Positions 47,373-57,237 of a stretch of DNA of 64,000 nt are shown here, one piece after another. The translations under genes and the position numbers were made by a program. This DNA comes from Candidatus Eiseniibacteriota bacterium. GTDB lineage: Bacteria; Eisenbacteria; RBG-16-71-46; CAIMUX01. The notes beneath the pieces are model-generated. The model was not told where the DNA came from, did no database searches, and worked only from the letters and a program-made list of their open reading frames with translations. Positions within the stretch are counted from its first letter, which is position 1, and the number at the start of each line of letters is the position of its first letter. The stretch lies in the NCBI GenBank assembly GCA_020633975.1, contig JACKCR010000010.1, positions 65,839 to 129,838 on the forward strand, written 5' to 3'.

Positions 47373-48431
47373 TCACGCAGGTGGGGTGAAGACGAACGGG
47401 GTCCGGAAAGTGACCGTTCCTTCCGGAATGGCGGGGAACTTCCACTCCCGAACCTGGGCGAGGACACACTCCCGGAGCGCGGCCGAGCCCAGGGAGTCCT
47501 GGGCGATCGAAGCTTCAGCCACTCCTCCCGACGGGAGCACCGTCAGCACGATCACCATCTTTCCCTCGAGGCCAGGCTCCCGCTTGAGCTGGTTGTCATA
47601 GCAGAACTGGATTCCTGCCGCGTACTTACGGACCACGGCCAGGAGCGACGCGTTGCTCCGGAAGGAGCCGGCTACGGCACCCCCACCGACGGAGCTCCCT
47701 GGATCGGCCGACGCGAGGTCGCCGGATCCACCGCTGTCCACGGACTCGATGTCGATGAGATCCCCGGTGACGACCTGGCCGCCGCCACCACCCCCGCCGA
47801 CATCCTCTCGAGCGGCGACGGCACCGGTGACATCCCCTGCGGAGCGGCCGCGGCCGGGCCGTCCGCGACCTCCCTTGCGCTCCGGGACATTGGAGCCGCC
47901 GGTTGTCGGGGCGATGGACGCGAGGTCGGATTGGAGGGCGTTGAGGGTCGACTCCACCGACTTGGTGGTCGACTTGAGGGCCTGGGCGACTTCGGTAGTG
48001 GCCTTCGCGCGCCCCGCCGTGCCGCGTTCCTCGGCCAGCTTGTTGTCTTCTCGGGCCCGACGGGGAGGGGCCGTGGTCTTGGGTTCGACCTTGGGAACGG
48101 GCGTTGGCTCGACCTTGGGCTCGGCCTTCGGTTCGGGCGTCGGGGCCACCTCTGGAACCTTCGGCTCGGGAATGGCAGCGAGTTCGGGTATCTCGACCGG
48201 CGCGGGGCCGAGTACCGGAGGCACGGGCTTCCGCTTCTCGAGGATCAGCTTCGCGAGACGCTCGGGCACTTCCTCGACGCGAGGAGGAGCCGCGACGCGG
48301 ATCGGCGCGATGAGCGCAACCGCGAGTACGGCGATGCCCAGGCCGCTCGAGATGAGGAGCGCCCGGCGGAACTTCGGGTCCGGTACCGCAAAGAGGGACC
48401 GGCGATACTCTGCATGGAGAGTGCGGTTCAT
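47373..48431 (-). CDS. TonB-like protein with an N-terminal TM, a Pro/Lys-rich (PEPKVEPK) spacer, a Gly-rich region and an AgmX/PglI-type C-terminal domain.
   Basis: The C-terminus IQFCYDNQLKREPGLEGKMVIVLTVLPSGGVAEASIAQDSLGSAALRECVLAQVREWKFPAIPEGTVTFRTPFVF matches the AgmX/PglI C-terminal pattern (C-Y...C...W.FP...G.V.V..PFVF). Confidence 0.65.
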   Translation of the reverse strand: MNRTLHAEYRRSLFAVPDPKFRRALLISSGLGIAVLAVALIAPIRVAAPPRVEEVPERLAKLILEKRKPVPPVLGPAPVEIPELAAIPEPKVPEVAPTPEPKAEPKVEPTPVPKVEPKTTAPPRRAREDNKLAEERGTAGRAKATTEVAQALKSTTKSVESTLNALQSDLASIAPTTGGSNVPERKGGRGRPGRGRSAGDVTGAVAAREDVGGGGGGGQVVTGDLIDIESVDSGGSGDLASADPGSSVGGGAVAGSFRSNASLLAVVRKYAAGIQFCYDNQLKREPGLEGKMVIVLTVLPSGGVAEASIAQDSLGSAALRECVLAQVREWKFPAIPEGTVTFRTPFVFTPPA

Positions 48432-48439
48432 CGCTCCCC

Positions 48440-48919
48440 CTAGGTCGTCCGGATGACCGCGAGCGAGATCTCGTCCCAGCCCTCGGCGCCGACGGTGTAC
48501 ATCACCCTTTGGAGAACCGCGAACTCGATCTCCCGATCTCCCTGGATCGTGACGAGACCGAGCTGCACATCTACACCTTGGATGCGCGCAAGGTCTTCCT
48601 TCTGGGCGCGGATGGTCTCGAGCTCGCGCGCTAGCTTCTCGATCCGCATTTCGTCACTCGCCATGACGGCGGATAGATCCGCCACCCAGTCTTCGCCGAC
48701 GAGGATGGACGTCTCCGTGATCGCGATGACGACGGAGTCCTCCGGATGCTCTTTGGCGGTCGACTCCGGGAGCTGGACTCCCGCCGACGGACTCATCTGC
48801 TCGTCGGCCACGAAGCTCTTCACGAGGAAGAGGAGCAGCACGACGAGGATGTCCATCATCGACGTCATCTTGAGAGCGACCGCGGGCTTCACCCGCCGAT
48901 GTCGTCCCGTCCGTCTCAT
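48440..48919 (-). CDS. ExbD/TolR-family biopolymer transport protein (first copy).
   Basis: N-terminal TM MTSMMDILVVLLLFLV plus periplasmic domain. Confidence 0.8.
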   Translation of the reverse strand: MRRTGRHRRVKPAVALKMTSMMDILVVLLLFLVKSFVADEQMSPSAGVQLPESTAKEHPEDSVVIAITETSILVGEDWVADLSAVMASDEMRIEKLARELETIRAQKEDLARIQGVDVQLGLVTIQGDREIEFAVLQRVMYTVGAEGWDEISLAVIRTT

Positions 48920-49021
48920 TCGAGTTCCTCCGGTTCGTTGCCGGTCACATCGAACATTCGACTCGCAGCCTTCAAGTGCCCTTCACTACTCACTCGTCGG
49001 CGTACGCCCGGTGGCAATACG

Positions 49022-49486
49022 TCAGTGCGAAACTTGGTCGCCTTGGAGCGATGCTTCGGGCAGTCCCGCCTCGCGGGATCGGTCCATCACTTCGATGATC
49101 TCGTCGTAGTGCGTCGTCGGCTGGGAGACGATCCTCACTGCGCGGTTGTCGGGGTGGTCCGTCGCCACCGTCTGGAGGTAGGCCGCGAGCTGGAAGGTCG
49201 CACCTACGTCTCTCCGATCCTCGCGCGGGAACTCCCGTGCTTCGATCCCGTTGCCTTCGACGCGGTAGGCGTCGGCCGTGATGTGGACGGCGAGATCGAG
49301 TGACTCCTTGGCATCCGCTTCCGCGCCGTCTCCTCCAGGCGCCGCCATGTGGATGACGGAGAGTTCGAGGAAGACCGCAGAGAGCAGCAGCATCGGAATC
49401 AGGACCACGAACAGGTTCATGAGGGGCATGATCTCTAGATCCGCCTCCACCAGGTCCCGCATCTTCCGTATCCGGTGTCGTGACAT
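49022..49486 (-). CDS. ExbD/TolR-family biopolymer transport protein (second copy).
   Basis: LEIMPLMNLFVVLIPMLLLSAVF TM plus ExbD-like periplasmic domain. Confidence 0.8.
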   Translation of the reverse strand: MSRHRIRKMRDLVEADLEIMPLMNLFVVLIPMLLLSAVFLELSVIHMAAPGGDGAEADAKESLDLAVHITADAYRVEGNGIEAREFPREDRRDVGATFQLAAYLQTVATDHPDNRAVRIVSQPTTHYDEIIEVMDRSREAGLPEASLQGDQVSH

Positions 49487-49508
49487 TCAGAAGCTCCTCG
49501 AGAACGTG

Positions 49509-50150
49509 CTAGGCGCTGTGGCGTCCGGCACGAAGGATGGCCTGCGTGATCCGCGCAGTCGTCTCCTCGACCTGTTCGACGATCGACTCGACCTTGCCCA
49601 CGAGGAAGCTGTGCGCGAGTAGCGTCGGGATCGCGACGATCAGTCCGAACGACGTCGTGTTGAGCGCTTGTGAGATGCCCGCGGCGAGGAACGCCGAGCG
49701 CTGCGCCGGGTCTGCAGCACCGACCGCAGAAAACGCCGTCGTGAGTCCGAAGATCGTTCCGAGGAGCCCGAGGAGCGTTGCCGTGTTCGCGAGGACGCCG
49801 AGGAGCGCAAGACGACGGGAGAGCGGAGGCAGGACGATGGTCGCGGCGCTCTCCGCAGCGTTGTAGATCCGGTCGTCGTTCCGCATGTCGGACGAGAGGA
49901 CGCTCGACGCTACGTGCGCTACAGGCCCGGTCACCTGCTTGGAGAGCGAGAGCGCACCGACCAGGTCTCCTTGCGAGATCCGTCCTTCCAGGTCCTTCAA
50001 CAGCTTCCGGCTGTCGATCGAACCGGCGCGTCCGATCGTCCAGAACCGCTCGAGGATGATGGCCAACGCGACCACGCCGATGGCGAGGATCACGAACATG
50101 AACGGTCCCCCGTTCCTGAAGAATGTGGCGAAGCCAGAGAGCAGATCCAT
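49509..50150 (-). CDS. MotA/TolQ/ExbB-family proton channel.
   Basis: Three TMs with the signature LGLLGTIFGLTTAF and a C-terminal TM. Confidence 0.9.
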   Translation of the reverse strand: MDLLSGFATFFRNGGPFMFVILAIGVVALAIILERFWTIGRAGSIDSRKLLKDLEGRISQGDLVGALSLSKQVTGPVAHVASSVLSSDMRNDDRIYNAAESAATIVLPPLSRRLALLGVLANTATLLGLLGTIFGLTTAFSAVGAADPAQRSAFLAAGISQALNTTSFGLIVAIPTLLAHSFLVGKVESIVEQVEETTARITQAILRAGRHSA

Positions 50151-50154
50151 GACG

Positions 50155-50544
50155 TCAATTCCTCCCTTGGGGTTCGTCGCTGGAACGAGGCGACGACGCC
50201 GGCTCCTCTCCGATCGGAGAGGCGGAGTCGTCCCAATCGAGAATCGAAACGGACGGAGCGAGCGTGCGACCGATCCAGAGAGGGATCGGGAACGTCACGA
50301 GAGAGCGCACGTCGTCCGCGCTGACCAGGTAGCCGCGATGGGCGATGTCCGGGAACCGGTACGGCTCCCTCGCCGTGATGAAGAGGACCTGTGGCATCGC
50401 CACCTCGCCCTCGATCGAAATCTCGTCGAGCGTTCGGGGCTCCTCGGCGGCAGCGAGAGCTGGGAACGCGAGGAACGAGGAAGCGAGGGCCGTGGCGGCG
50501 AGGGCCGTGGCAGCGAGCATGATGGTTCTTCGGGGTGTTCTCAT
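50155..50544 (-). CDS. Small secreted hypothetical protein (Ala-rich signal peptide). Its start overlaps the upstream stop by 4 nt.
   Basis: MRTPRRTIMLAATALAATALASSFLAFPALAAA. Confidence 0.4.
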   Translation of the reverse strand: MRTPRRTIMLAATALAATALASSFLAFPALAAAEEPRTLDEISIEGEVAMPQVLFITAREPYRFPDIAHRGYLVSADDVRSLVTFPIPLWIGRTLAPSVSILDWDDSASPIGEEPASSPRSSDEPQGRN

Positions 50545-51620
50545 GGGTTCCCTCCGCTGACACGAAGACTCTCGACCGGTTCACCGAACACTTCCGCAAG
50601 ACCGTCGGGGTCATCGTCCGATTGCGCTCGGTAGCGCCGGTAGTACGCGGTCGCCTCTTCGTCGTCGAAGAAGTAGAACTGCTCTACGATGGCGAGGTTG
50701 TAGAGTGCGCCGGGTTGTTCGGGCTCGAGTTCGAGGGCACGAAGGAAGTACGTCTCTGCCTCCCGGGGCTTCCCTTCCTGAAGAAGCGCGATACCGTAGT
50801 TCGTACAGTTCGCACCGTTTTCTTCCGCCTCGAGTGCACGCTCTGCCCATCGGGGAGCCTCTCGATAGTGCTCACCCTGGAGACGTGTGTAGGTCAGGAC
50901 GGACCCCACCGATGCCCAATGCTCCCCGCGAGCTTCGAGCGGAGAAAGCGTGGACTCTGCAGCGGCCACCTCCCCGGTTGCCAACTGGTGGAGTGCCAAA
51001 CAGGCACGAACCTCGGGTGCGCCGCGCATGACGTGCTCTGCGAGGGCGGGCTCGAGGATCTCGATCGCCTCGAAGTGGCGACCCTGATCGTAGAGCAGCT
51101 GCGACAGAAGCGTCAGCGACGGCGCATATCCCGGATCGATCGCGAGCGCACGACGAAGTGAGGTCTCGGCCAACTCCTCGGCCAACTCCTCGGCCGATGC
51201 CTCGGCCGACACTTCGCTCGCCCGCCTCTGCGCGCTTTCGTACACCGATTCGGGTGCATCGAGTTCGAGCTCCGCGATCCGGTGGGGCCAGTATGGTTCG
51301 TTGGGTGACGCGTCCGCCTTTGCCTCGAGCGAAGCATGTGCTTCCGTCCATGCGACGATGTCGTCTCCGATCTGAGCGTTGGTCCACGCAGTCGGGTCGT
51401 CGCCCTTGCCACGGAAGACACCGCAACCAGAGAGCAGCATCCCAGCAACCACGACAACGCACGGCCATACACGGGACCGAGACAACCGTCGGCCGGCGCG
51501 TAGCCGGTGCGATGGAGGCACGACGCAAGAGGACCGCGCATCACTCGAGGGACGCTCGAGCTGTGAGGACGACTGCTGCTTCCATGGGGACATCGCGTCC
51601 GCACGTCGCCGTTCCATCAT
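50541..51620 (-). CDS. TPR-repeat lipoprotein. Its ATG overlaps the stop of the upstream giant TPR gene (ATGA), and an AAGGAGGAG SD is present.
   Basis: Lipobox LLSGC. TPR-like helices such as AIEILEPALAEH, YNLAIVEQFYF and EAETYFLRALELEP. Confidence 0.7.
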   Translation of the reverse strand: MMERRRADAMSPWKQQSSSQLERPSSDARSSCVVPPSHRLRAGRRLSRSRVWPCVVVVAGMLLSGCGVFRGKGDDPTAWTNAQIGDDIVAWTEAHASLEAKADASPNEPYWPHRIAELELDAPESVYESAQRRASEVSAEASAEELAEELAETSLRRALAIDPGYAPSLTLLSQLLYDQGRHFEAIEILEPALAEHVMRGAPEVRACLALHQLATGEVAAAESTLSPLEARGEHWASVGSVLTYTRLQGEHYREAPRWAERALEAEENGANCTNYGIALLQEGKPREAETYFLRALELEPEQPGALYNLAIVEQFYFFDDEEATAYYRRYRAQSDDDPDGLAEVFGEPVESLRVSGGNP

Positions 51621-54600
51621 CGAGACTCCTCCTTGGGGCGGATCGCGGCCACGATAGGGTGGTCGACCTCGGCCAGGTGCACGAACCGGTCGGCGACACG
51701 CGGCCAGAGCGAACTCTGCGTCCGTTCTAGCCAACGTCCGTCGTCCTCGAGATCGGGATCGATGTTGCGGAGCAGCTCGGCCCACGCGTCTTCGCCGCGG
51801 TCGTAGAAGGACCAGGACTGCTCTTCGAGGACCTCGTCGTACGCGACCAGATCGTCCCCCGAGAGATCGGACGGACGCTCGCTGTCCCGCAGTCGATCTC
51901 CGAACCCGATGAGCGCCTCACCGATGCGGAAGGCGGCCGCCTGGCTGTACGGGGAGACTCCGCGGCGAACCACTGCGCCGTATGCCCCGACCGTGGCCTC
52001 GAGCGCTGTCTTCTTGCGCGCCAACGACTCGGCAAGCGGCTGGAGCAAGCGGATCGTCTCGTACTCGCGCTTCACCTCCTCCGCTCGAAGGAAGTCGACG
52101 CGTGCGAGAAGTGCGGGGTCCGCGAGGGACGAGTCCGCTTCCGCGAGGGCGATGTAGTTGGCGAGATCACTCTCCGTCCCGAGCAAATCTTCGATCCCAC
52201 CGGGGCGGACGCCGTTGGAGAAGGCGTCGATCGTCCCGAGACGGTCGAGGTCACGAACCGACTGCCTGTGGTAGACGGCGGCCGCCGTGGCACGGTCCTC
52301 TGGGAACCGTTCGACGTACGACCGTTCCGTCGCTTCCGCCGCAGGCTCGTTCCCGGCCTCGCGCCAGAGATCAGCAGAGTGGAGCAGCGCGGGCCCAGAT
52401 TCGTCGTCGGCTGGGAACGCGACAGAGAACCGTTCGAAAGCCCGCGCTGCATCTTCGTCCCGTCCGGCGTCCTCGAGAGTCGACGCAAGCTGGAGGTGCG
52501 CGTCCCGCACGTACTCGCCGTCTGGGTATCGGTGAAGGAGTTCCTCGAAGCAACGAGCAGCGCCCAAGATCTCCTTCTCTTCCGCGTACATCACTCCGGC
52601 CCGATAGAGTGAGTTCTCGGCCTGCTCGAACCGGGGCCAACCGAAAGCCAGTCGTTCGAAAGCCTGGGCGGATTCGGTGCCGGACAGGGACTCTGCATGG
52701 AGATAGAAGCTGTGGGGCACTAGGTCCCCGACGTGATGCGCAAGGCTGTCCTGTCCCGCAGAACGGGCGGCGCGCTCCGCGTCGACGTAGGCATTGGCTG
52801 CCGAGTCGTACCGCTCACTCCGGTAGAAGACGTCGCCGCGAAGGGCGAGCGCCTTGGGACTCCGTGCGTCCTGCGGATACCTACGAGCGAACGCCTCGTA
52901 CCGGCTCGCCGCCTCGTCGTCCCACTCCCGGTTCCAAGCCACGCCAGCCTGACGCCAGGCGAGGTCGGGACCACGTAGGTCGAAGGGATCACGGTCCAGG
53001 TACGCGTCCGCCTCATCGAGGAGCGCACGGGCGAGTGCATCGGTCTGCTCTTCCTCGTACCAAGCGTCGAGCACGGCGAGCGACTGCCAGGCGGCGTCTC
53101 GAGCGAACGGTTGGTCCTCGGCCCGCGCTGCGATCTGGAACGCTTCATGTGCACGCTCACGCTTCCCGCTCCGCGCGGCGACTTCGCCGACCTGATACTG
53201 GATGCGCGCCGCTTCGGGATCGTCGGGCCAGAGCGCGAGCATCCGGTCGTAGAGAGCGAGCGCACGCTCCCATTCCTCGGTTGCGACGGCCTTCCCGCCG
53301 GCTTCCATCTCCCGAGCGCGATGATGGTGGAAGAGAGCGACATCGTGGATAGACGTTCGGGAGAAGTCCGTCGCGTTCGTGCGAAGGGAGTCGGAGTCGT
53401 TCGCTCCGAACCACTCGGTGCCGGGTAGGAAGCGCTCGGCGAGTTCGAGACGAGCGGCGCGTGCGAGCTCCGGACGCTCTCCTGCCTCGTAGGTCTCGAT
53501 CAAACCGTCCGCAATGCCGAGCGCCCGGGGATCGGTCGGATAGCGGTCCAGCCAGAGTCGATCGCACTCTGCGGCCTCTGCGAAGAGCGAGTAGCGGCGA
53601 AGGAGCGTGCCCACGGCAGCGAAGACGTCCCGTTCATAGCTTCGCGGTCCGATCGTGTCGAAGAGATCGGCAGCGTTGGCGCCACCGCCTCCGCGCGCGA
53701 GCGAGTGGATGAGATAGTCGGTCGACTCCCCGCGAAGGTCGGTCGAGACCGGCGCCTCTGCTCCGGACTCGTAGAGATCGAGCACGCGCGCGAAGGACGA
53801 CGCGGCTTGGTCGAACCGATCGCTTCGGTAGTGAGACCAACCGAGTTTGTAGAGCGCGATGACGGATAGTCCAGGATCGGCTCCGTCTGCCGCGCTCTCG
53901 TACAACGTGGCGGCGAGGTCGAGGCGCCCCTGATCGAAGCGGTAGTCCGCCATGCGGAGGTCCGCTTCCTGGCGGAACGCGGAGTTCGGGAACTGTGCAA
54001 CGAGCTGCTCCAAAGCGTCCATGCCGCTGTCGTCTCCATCGTCGGCCTTCAATACGCCGACGTGGTAGAGCGCGGCATCGAGGTGAGCGAAGTCCGGATG
54101 ACGTCGGACGATCTCGCCATACAGTTCGAGCGCGCGCCCGCTCTCGAGGATGGGGACGACGTGCCGGACGCGTTCCCCTTCGGCGAGTGCCAGGTACGCG
54201 GCCATCTCCTCGCGGAACCGTTCCTTGGACCCCGTGAGTTCGAGGTCGGCGAGTCGATAGAGTGCCTCCGCTCGCGTCGACGCCTTCGGGTAGGCTTCGA
54301 GGAATCCGGCCCACTCGCTTCGCGCCGTATCGACATCCCCGCGTCCCCGGATCGCGAGCTCGTAGGCCGCGAGAGCGTTCGTGTAGCGCACGGGTTCGTC
54401 CATCCCCTCCAGACGCGCCAGCTCTCGGTCGACCGCGCCTCCCACGACGATTCGACGTGCCTCGGTCCACTCTCCGACACGATCCGACACGACTCGGTCC
54501 CAGGCACGCACCTCATCGTGGAACCGGGCCATCAGGGCGTCCTGATCGAGTCCTTCGAGCTTCCTCGCGATCGCAGCTTCGGTCTCCTGCGAACGGCGGA

Positions 54601-56371
54601 GAAGAGCATCGATCCTCGCAGAGAGGTTCGAGATGCCGTCGATGAAGGCGGGCTTCCAGACTTGCTCGCGGCTCCTCCGGATCCGATCGGGCATCACTTC
54701 GCGGAACTGTGCTGCCGTCTCCGAGAGATCCCCAGCGAATCGCTCGGACTTGCCGAGGAGATCGCCGCGATCCACGTACCCTTGCGGGGGAGCTACCTGG
54801 CGCTGTTCGTCGGGACCGGTCTCGTAGAAGTGGTCCAGGGCCGCCATCCGTGCGAGCGTGTCCACCGCACGCGCTTCGATCTCCGCCATCTCCGCGTCGA
54901 TCCGGGCGATCTCGCGCTCGCTCACGTCGTCGATCTTCGCGAGAAGACGACTGAGATCCGCTTCGAGCGCGTGGATCTTCTCGGCGAGAAGCCTCAGTTC
55001 GATCGCCTCGTCCGCCGCGGCACGCCGCCCGCGTTCGAGATAGAGACGTCTCCGATCGATCTCCCCACGTGCCTGCTGGAGACGCCAGCGCGCTCGTTCC
55101 CGCTCGGAGAACGCGGACCGCGCAGCACTCTCGAGTGACGACACCCACGCGAGCGAGTCCGGCGACGCGAGAGGAACGAGGCGGGAGAGGGAGGCCGGCC
55201 CGGTGGCCTCCCCGAGCGATCGTGCAGGCAGTTCGACCGCCCCCCGCCTCGATCCCAACACCAAGTCCGGAGTCCAGGCCTCTGCGTCTGCCCGGAACGG
55301 CACAGGCGGAACCTCGAGGACGCGAACCGGGCCGAAACCTGCGTCACGCTCCCAATCGCCCCATACCTGCTCGGGGATCGGATGTTCCTTCAGCTGGAGG
55401 AGTGAACGACGGCGAAGGTCGACTGCGTCCCGCGCCCTGGCGAACTGGTCCGCAGCGCGTTCGAACTCGCCTCGATCGAGGGCCACGCTTCCGAGCCGAA
55501 GATGCGCTTGCGGAACAAGTGGATGTTCCGGATGGTCCGCGATCCAGTCGGCGAGTGCGGACGTCGCCAAGTCGCGTGGCATCGACGTATCCGATACCGA
55601 CGCGCCGCCCCCGACGTTCGACGAAGCGTCCTCGGGCATCTCGACCGATTCGATTTCGCCCAGAATCGCCGCCAAAGTCGAGTAGGAGTCCGTCGCCTCG
55701 GAGGACGCACTTCCCAGCCTCTCCCACACTTCGCGGAACTCGGCCGACGCGATCCCCGTGGTGTCCTCCCCCACACGCGCACGTCGACGCGCATCTGCAT
55801 CACGCACCCAGTCTGCGAACGCGGACGGATCTCGCCACTGCGTGACTTCGTCCGCGAGCCGCGTGAGGCTCGCGTCGGCTCCCATCCGCTCGTAACACCA
55901 CGCGCGAACGAACGCGGCACGGTCCGCGCCGCTGTAGGCCGACGGGTCGAGCGGACACCTCTCCGCCTCCGTCGCCGCGCCGAGCAGATCCTGGCGGGAC
56001 AGATAGAAGAGGGCGCGACGCAGGTGGAGTTCTCCCCACTCCTCATCCGTCACGGAAGGAGTAGCGATGGAAAGCTCGACGCGCTCCACCTCCAACGCGC
56101 CATTCGCGGTGCCCGCAACTCCGAACTGTTCCGCGTCGGATGCCGTGGCAGCGGGCGTAGCGTCTGAAGCGAGTCCGTCCTCGACAGCGGTCGACAACTC
56201 CTGGGAGTACGCGACGTCGATCCCGACCTGCGTCATCGCGACCACGCCCAACAACGCGACCGGCGACGCGACCAGGCCCACGCCCAGCAACGCCACCAGC
56301 GACGCGACGGCCGCGCGCCCACTTTCGGTCGCGCCGCGCACGGTCCTGGCGAATGTCGTTCGCGGGATCAC
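51617..56371 (-). CDS. Giant (about 1,585 aa) TPR-repeat protein with an N-terminal signal/TM. Its probable GTG start overlaps the upstream stop (GTGA).
   Basis: Dozens of TPR-like units (ALYRLADLEL, ALYKLGWSHYRSDRFDQAASSFARVL, QYQVGEVAARSGKRERAHEAF and others). The size and composition resemble the GltD/AgmU-like giant TPR proteins of Agl/Glt-type clusters. Confidence 0.7.
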   Translation of the reverse strand: MIPRTTFARTVRGATESGRAAVASLVALLGVGLVASPVALLGVVAMTQVGIDVAYSQELSTAVEDGLASDATPAATASDAEQFGVAGTANGALEVERVELSIATPSVTDEEWGELHLRRALFYLSRQDLLGAATEAERCPLDPSAYSGADRAAFVRAWCYERMGADASLTRLADEVTQWRDPSAFADWVRDADARRRARVGEDTTGIASAEFREVWERLGSASSEATDSYSTLAAILGEIESVEMPEDASSNVGGGASVSDTSMPRDLATSALADWIADHPEHPLVPQAHLRLGSVALDRGEFERAADQFARARDAVDLRRRSLLQLKEHPIPEQVWGDWERDAGFGPVRVLEVPPVPFRADAEAWTPDLVLGSRRGAVELPARSLGEATGPASLSRLVPLASPDSLAWVSSLESAARSAFSERERARWRLQQARGEIDRRRLYLERGRRAAADEAIELRLLAEKIHALEADLSRLLAKIDDVSEREIARIDAEMAEIEARAVDTLARMAALDHFYETGPDEQRQVAPPQGYVDRGDLLGKSERFAGDLSETAAQFREVMPDRIRRSREQVWKPAFIDGISNLSARIDALLRRSQETEAAIARKLEGLDQDALMARFHDEVRAWDRVVSDRVGEWTEARRIVVGGAVDRELARLEGMDEPVRYTNALAAYELAIRGRGDVDTARSEWAGFLEAYPKASTRAEALYRLADLELTGSKERFREEMAAYLALAEGERVRHVVPILESGRALELYGEIVRRHPDFAHLDAALYHVGVLKADDGDDSGMDALEQLVAQFPNSAFRQEADLRMADYRFDQGRLDLAATLYESAADGADPGLSVIALYKLGWSHYRSDRFDQAASSFARVLDLYESGAEAPVSTDLRGESTDYLIHSLARGGGGANAADLFDTIGPRSYERDVFAAVGTLLRRYSLFAEAAECDRLWLDRYPTDPRALGIADGLIETYEAGERPELARAARLELAERFLPGTEWFGANDSDSLRTNATDFSRTSIHDVALFHHHRAREMEAGGKAVATEEWERALALYDRMLALWPDDPEAARIQYQVGEVAARSGKRERAHEAFQIAARAEDQPFARDAAWQSLAVLDAWYEEEQTDALARALLDEADAYLDRDPFDLRGPDLAWRQAGVAWNREWDDEAASRYEAFARRYPQDARSPKALALRGDVFYRSERYDSAANAYVDAERAARSAGQDSLAHHVGDLVPHSFYLHAESLSGTESAQAFERLAFGWPRFEQAENSLYRAGVMYAEEKEILGAARCFEELLHRYPDGEYVRDAHLQLASTLEDAGRDEDAARAFERFSVAFPADDESGPALLHSADLWREAGNEPAAEATERSYVERFPEDRATAAAVYHRQSVRDLDRLGTIDAFSNGVRPGGIEDLLGTESDLANYIALAEADSSLADPALLARVDFLRAEEVKREYETIRLLQPLAESLARKKTALEATVGAYGAVVRRGVSPYSQAAAFRIGEALIGFGDRLRDSERPSDLSGDDLVAYDEVLEEQSWSFYDRGEDAWAELLRNIDPDLEDDGRWLERTQSSLWPRVADRFVHLAEVDHPIVAAIRPKEESR

Positions 56372-57237
56372 CACGTCCAGTCCATGCCTCCGAACGAAGT
56401 GGGGCGACTCCACGTTTCGGCCTTCCACGCACTCGTGTCTTCCCCAAGCCGGAAGGTCGAAAGGTCCAGCTGGAGGAAATGGAGTCGATCGCGCGCCGGA
56501 TCCAGTCGCAAGTAGACCGACATGCCTTCCTGGTCCGTCGACGCGGGGATGACGAGTTCTAGCACCTGCTCCCGCGGTTCCACGAACTCGTGGTCGATCT
56601 CGATCACGCCACCTTGGTGGAGCACGGACTCGAGCTCCCGGTCTAGGGAGACGACTGTCTCCCGGCCGTCGTCCCTCCGGAGCCTGAGTCCGTCGAGACG
56701 CCAGTCCGGATACCCGCTCGCGAGTACGACCAGGCTCGTCACGTGATCGTCGACATAGTCCTCGTGCAGCTCGGTGAGACGCGCTTCGTGATCGTCGAGC
56801 AGTGCGGCCAACGACTGGATCCTGGACTCCACCTCGGCAAGCTCACCCACCGACTCGAGAAGACGATCGGTGGCGAGGTCGGCAGCTTCTCGATCGAGTT
56901 GGTCGGTCGCGGAGTCGAGTTCGTGATCCAGTTCAAGATACCGGATCCAGGTCGGGTCGATCGCACCGGCCCTCTCCGCACGCGCTTCCTCGCTCCAGTA
57001 GACACCGTCGATCTGGCTGCGCAGGAAGTCGAGGTTCTCCTGCAGAAAGAGCAACGACGGCTTCTTCGTCCGATCCGGCTTCTCTCGCTCGACCTTCACG
57101 GGCGCAGCGTCCGGAACGATGGTTGCTGCGTCTTCGCCGAAGGCCGCTGAAGCGCAGAGCAGGGAGACTGCGCACGACAGCAAAGTGACTCGGCTCGGCG
57201 ATGGTGAACCGCTACTCGAACTACGGATCCGATCCAT
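56368..57237 (-). CDS. Secreted hypothetical protein with coiled-coil segments.
   Basis: Signal MDRIRSSSSGSPSPSRVTLLSCAVSLLCASAAFG. Heptad-like acidic helices. Confidence 0.45.
   Translation of the reverse strand: MDRIRSSSSGSPSPSRVTLLSCAVSLLCASAAFGEDAATIVPDAAPVKVEREKPDRTKKPSLLFLQENLDFLRSQIDGVYWSEEARAERAGAIDPTWIRYLELDHELDSATDQLDREAADLATDRLLESVGELAEVESRIQSLAALLDDHEARLTELHEDYVDDHVTSLVVLASGYPDWRLDGLRLRRDDGRETVVSLDRELESVLHQGGVIEIDHEFVEPREQVLELVIPASTDQEGMSVYLRLDPARDRLHFLQLDLSTFRLGEDTSAWKAETWSRPTSFGGMDWTW

Noticed and set aside
51982-55845. Plus-strand ORFs 51982..53352 (456 aa), 54062..55138 (358 aa) and 55069..55845.
   Set aside because: They are antisense to the giant TPR gene, which has consistent TPR periodicity on the minus strand.
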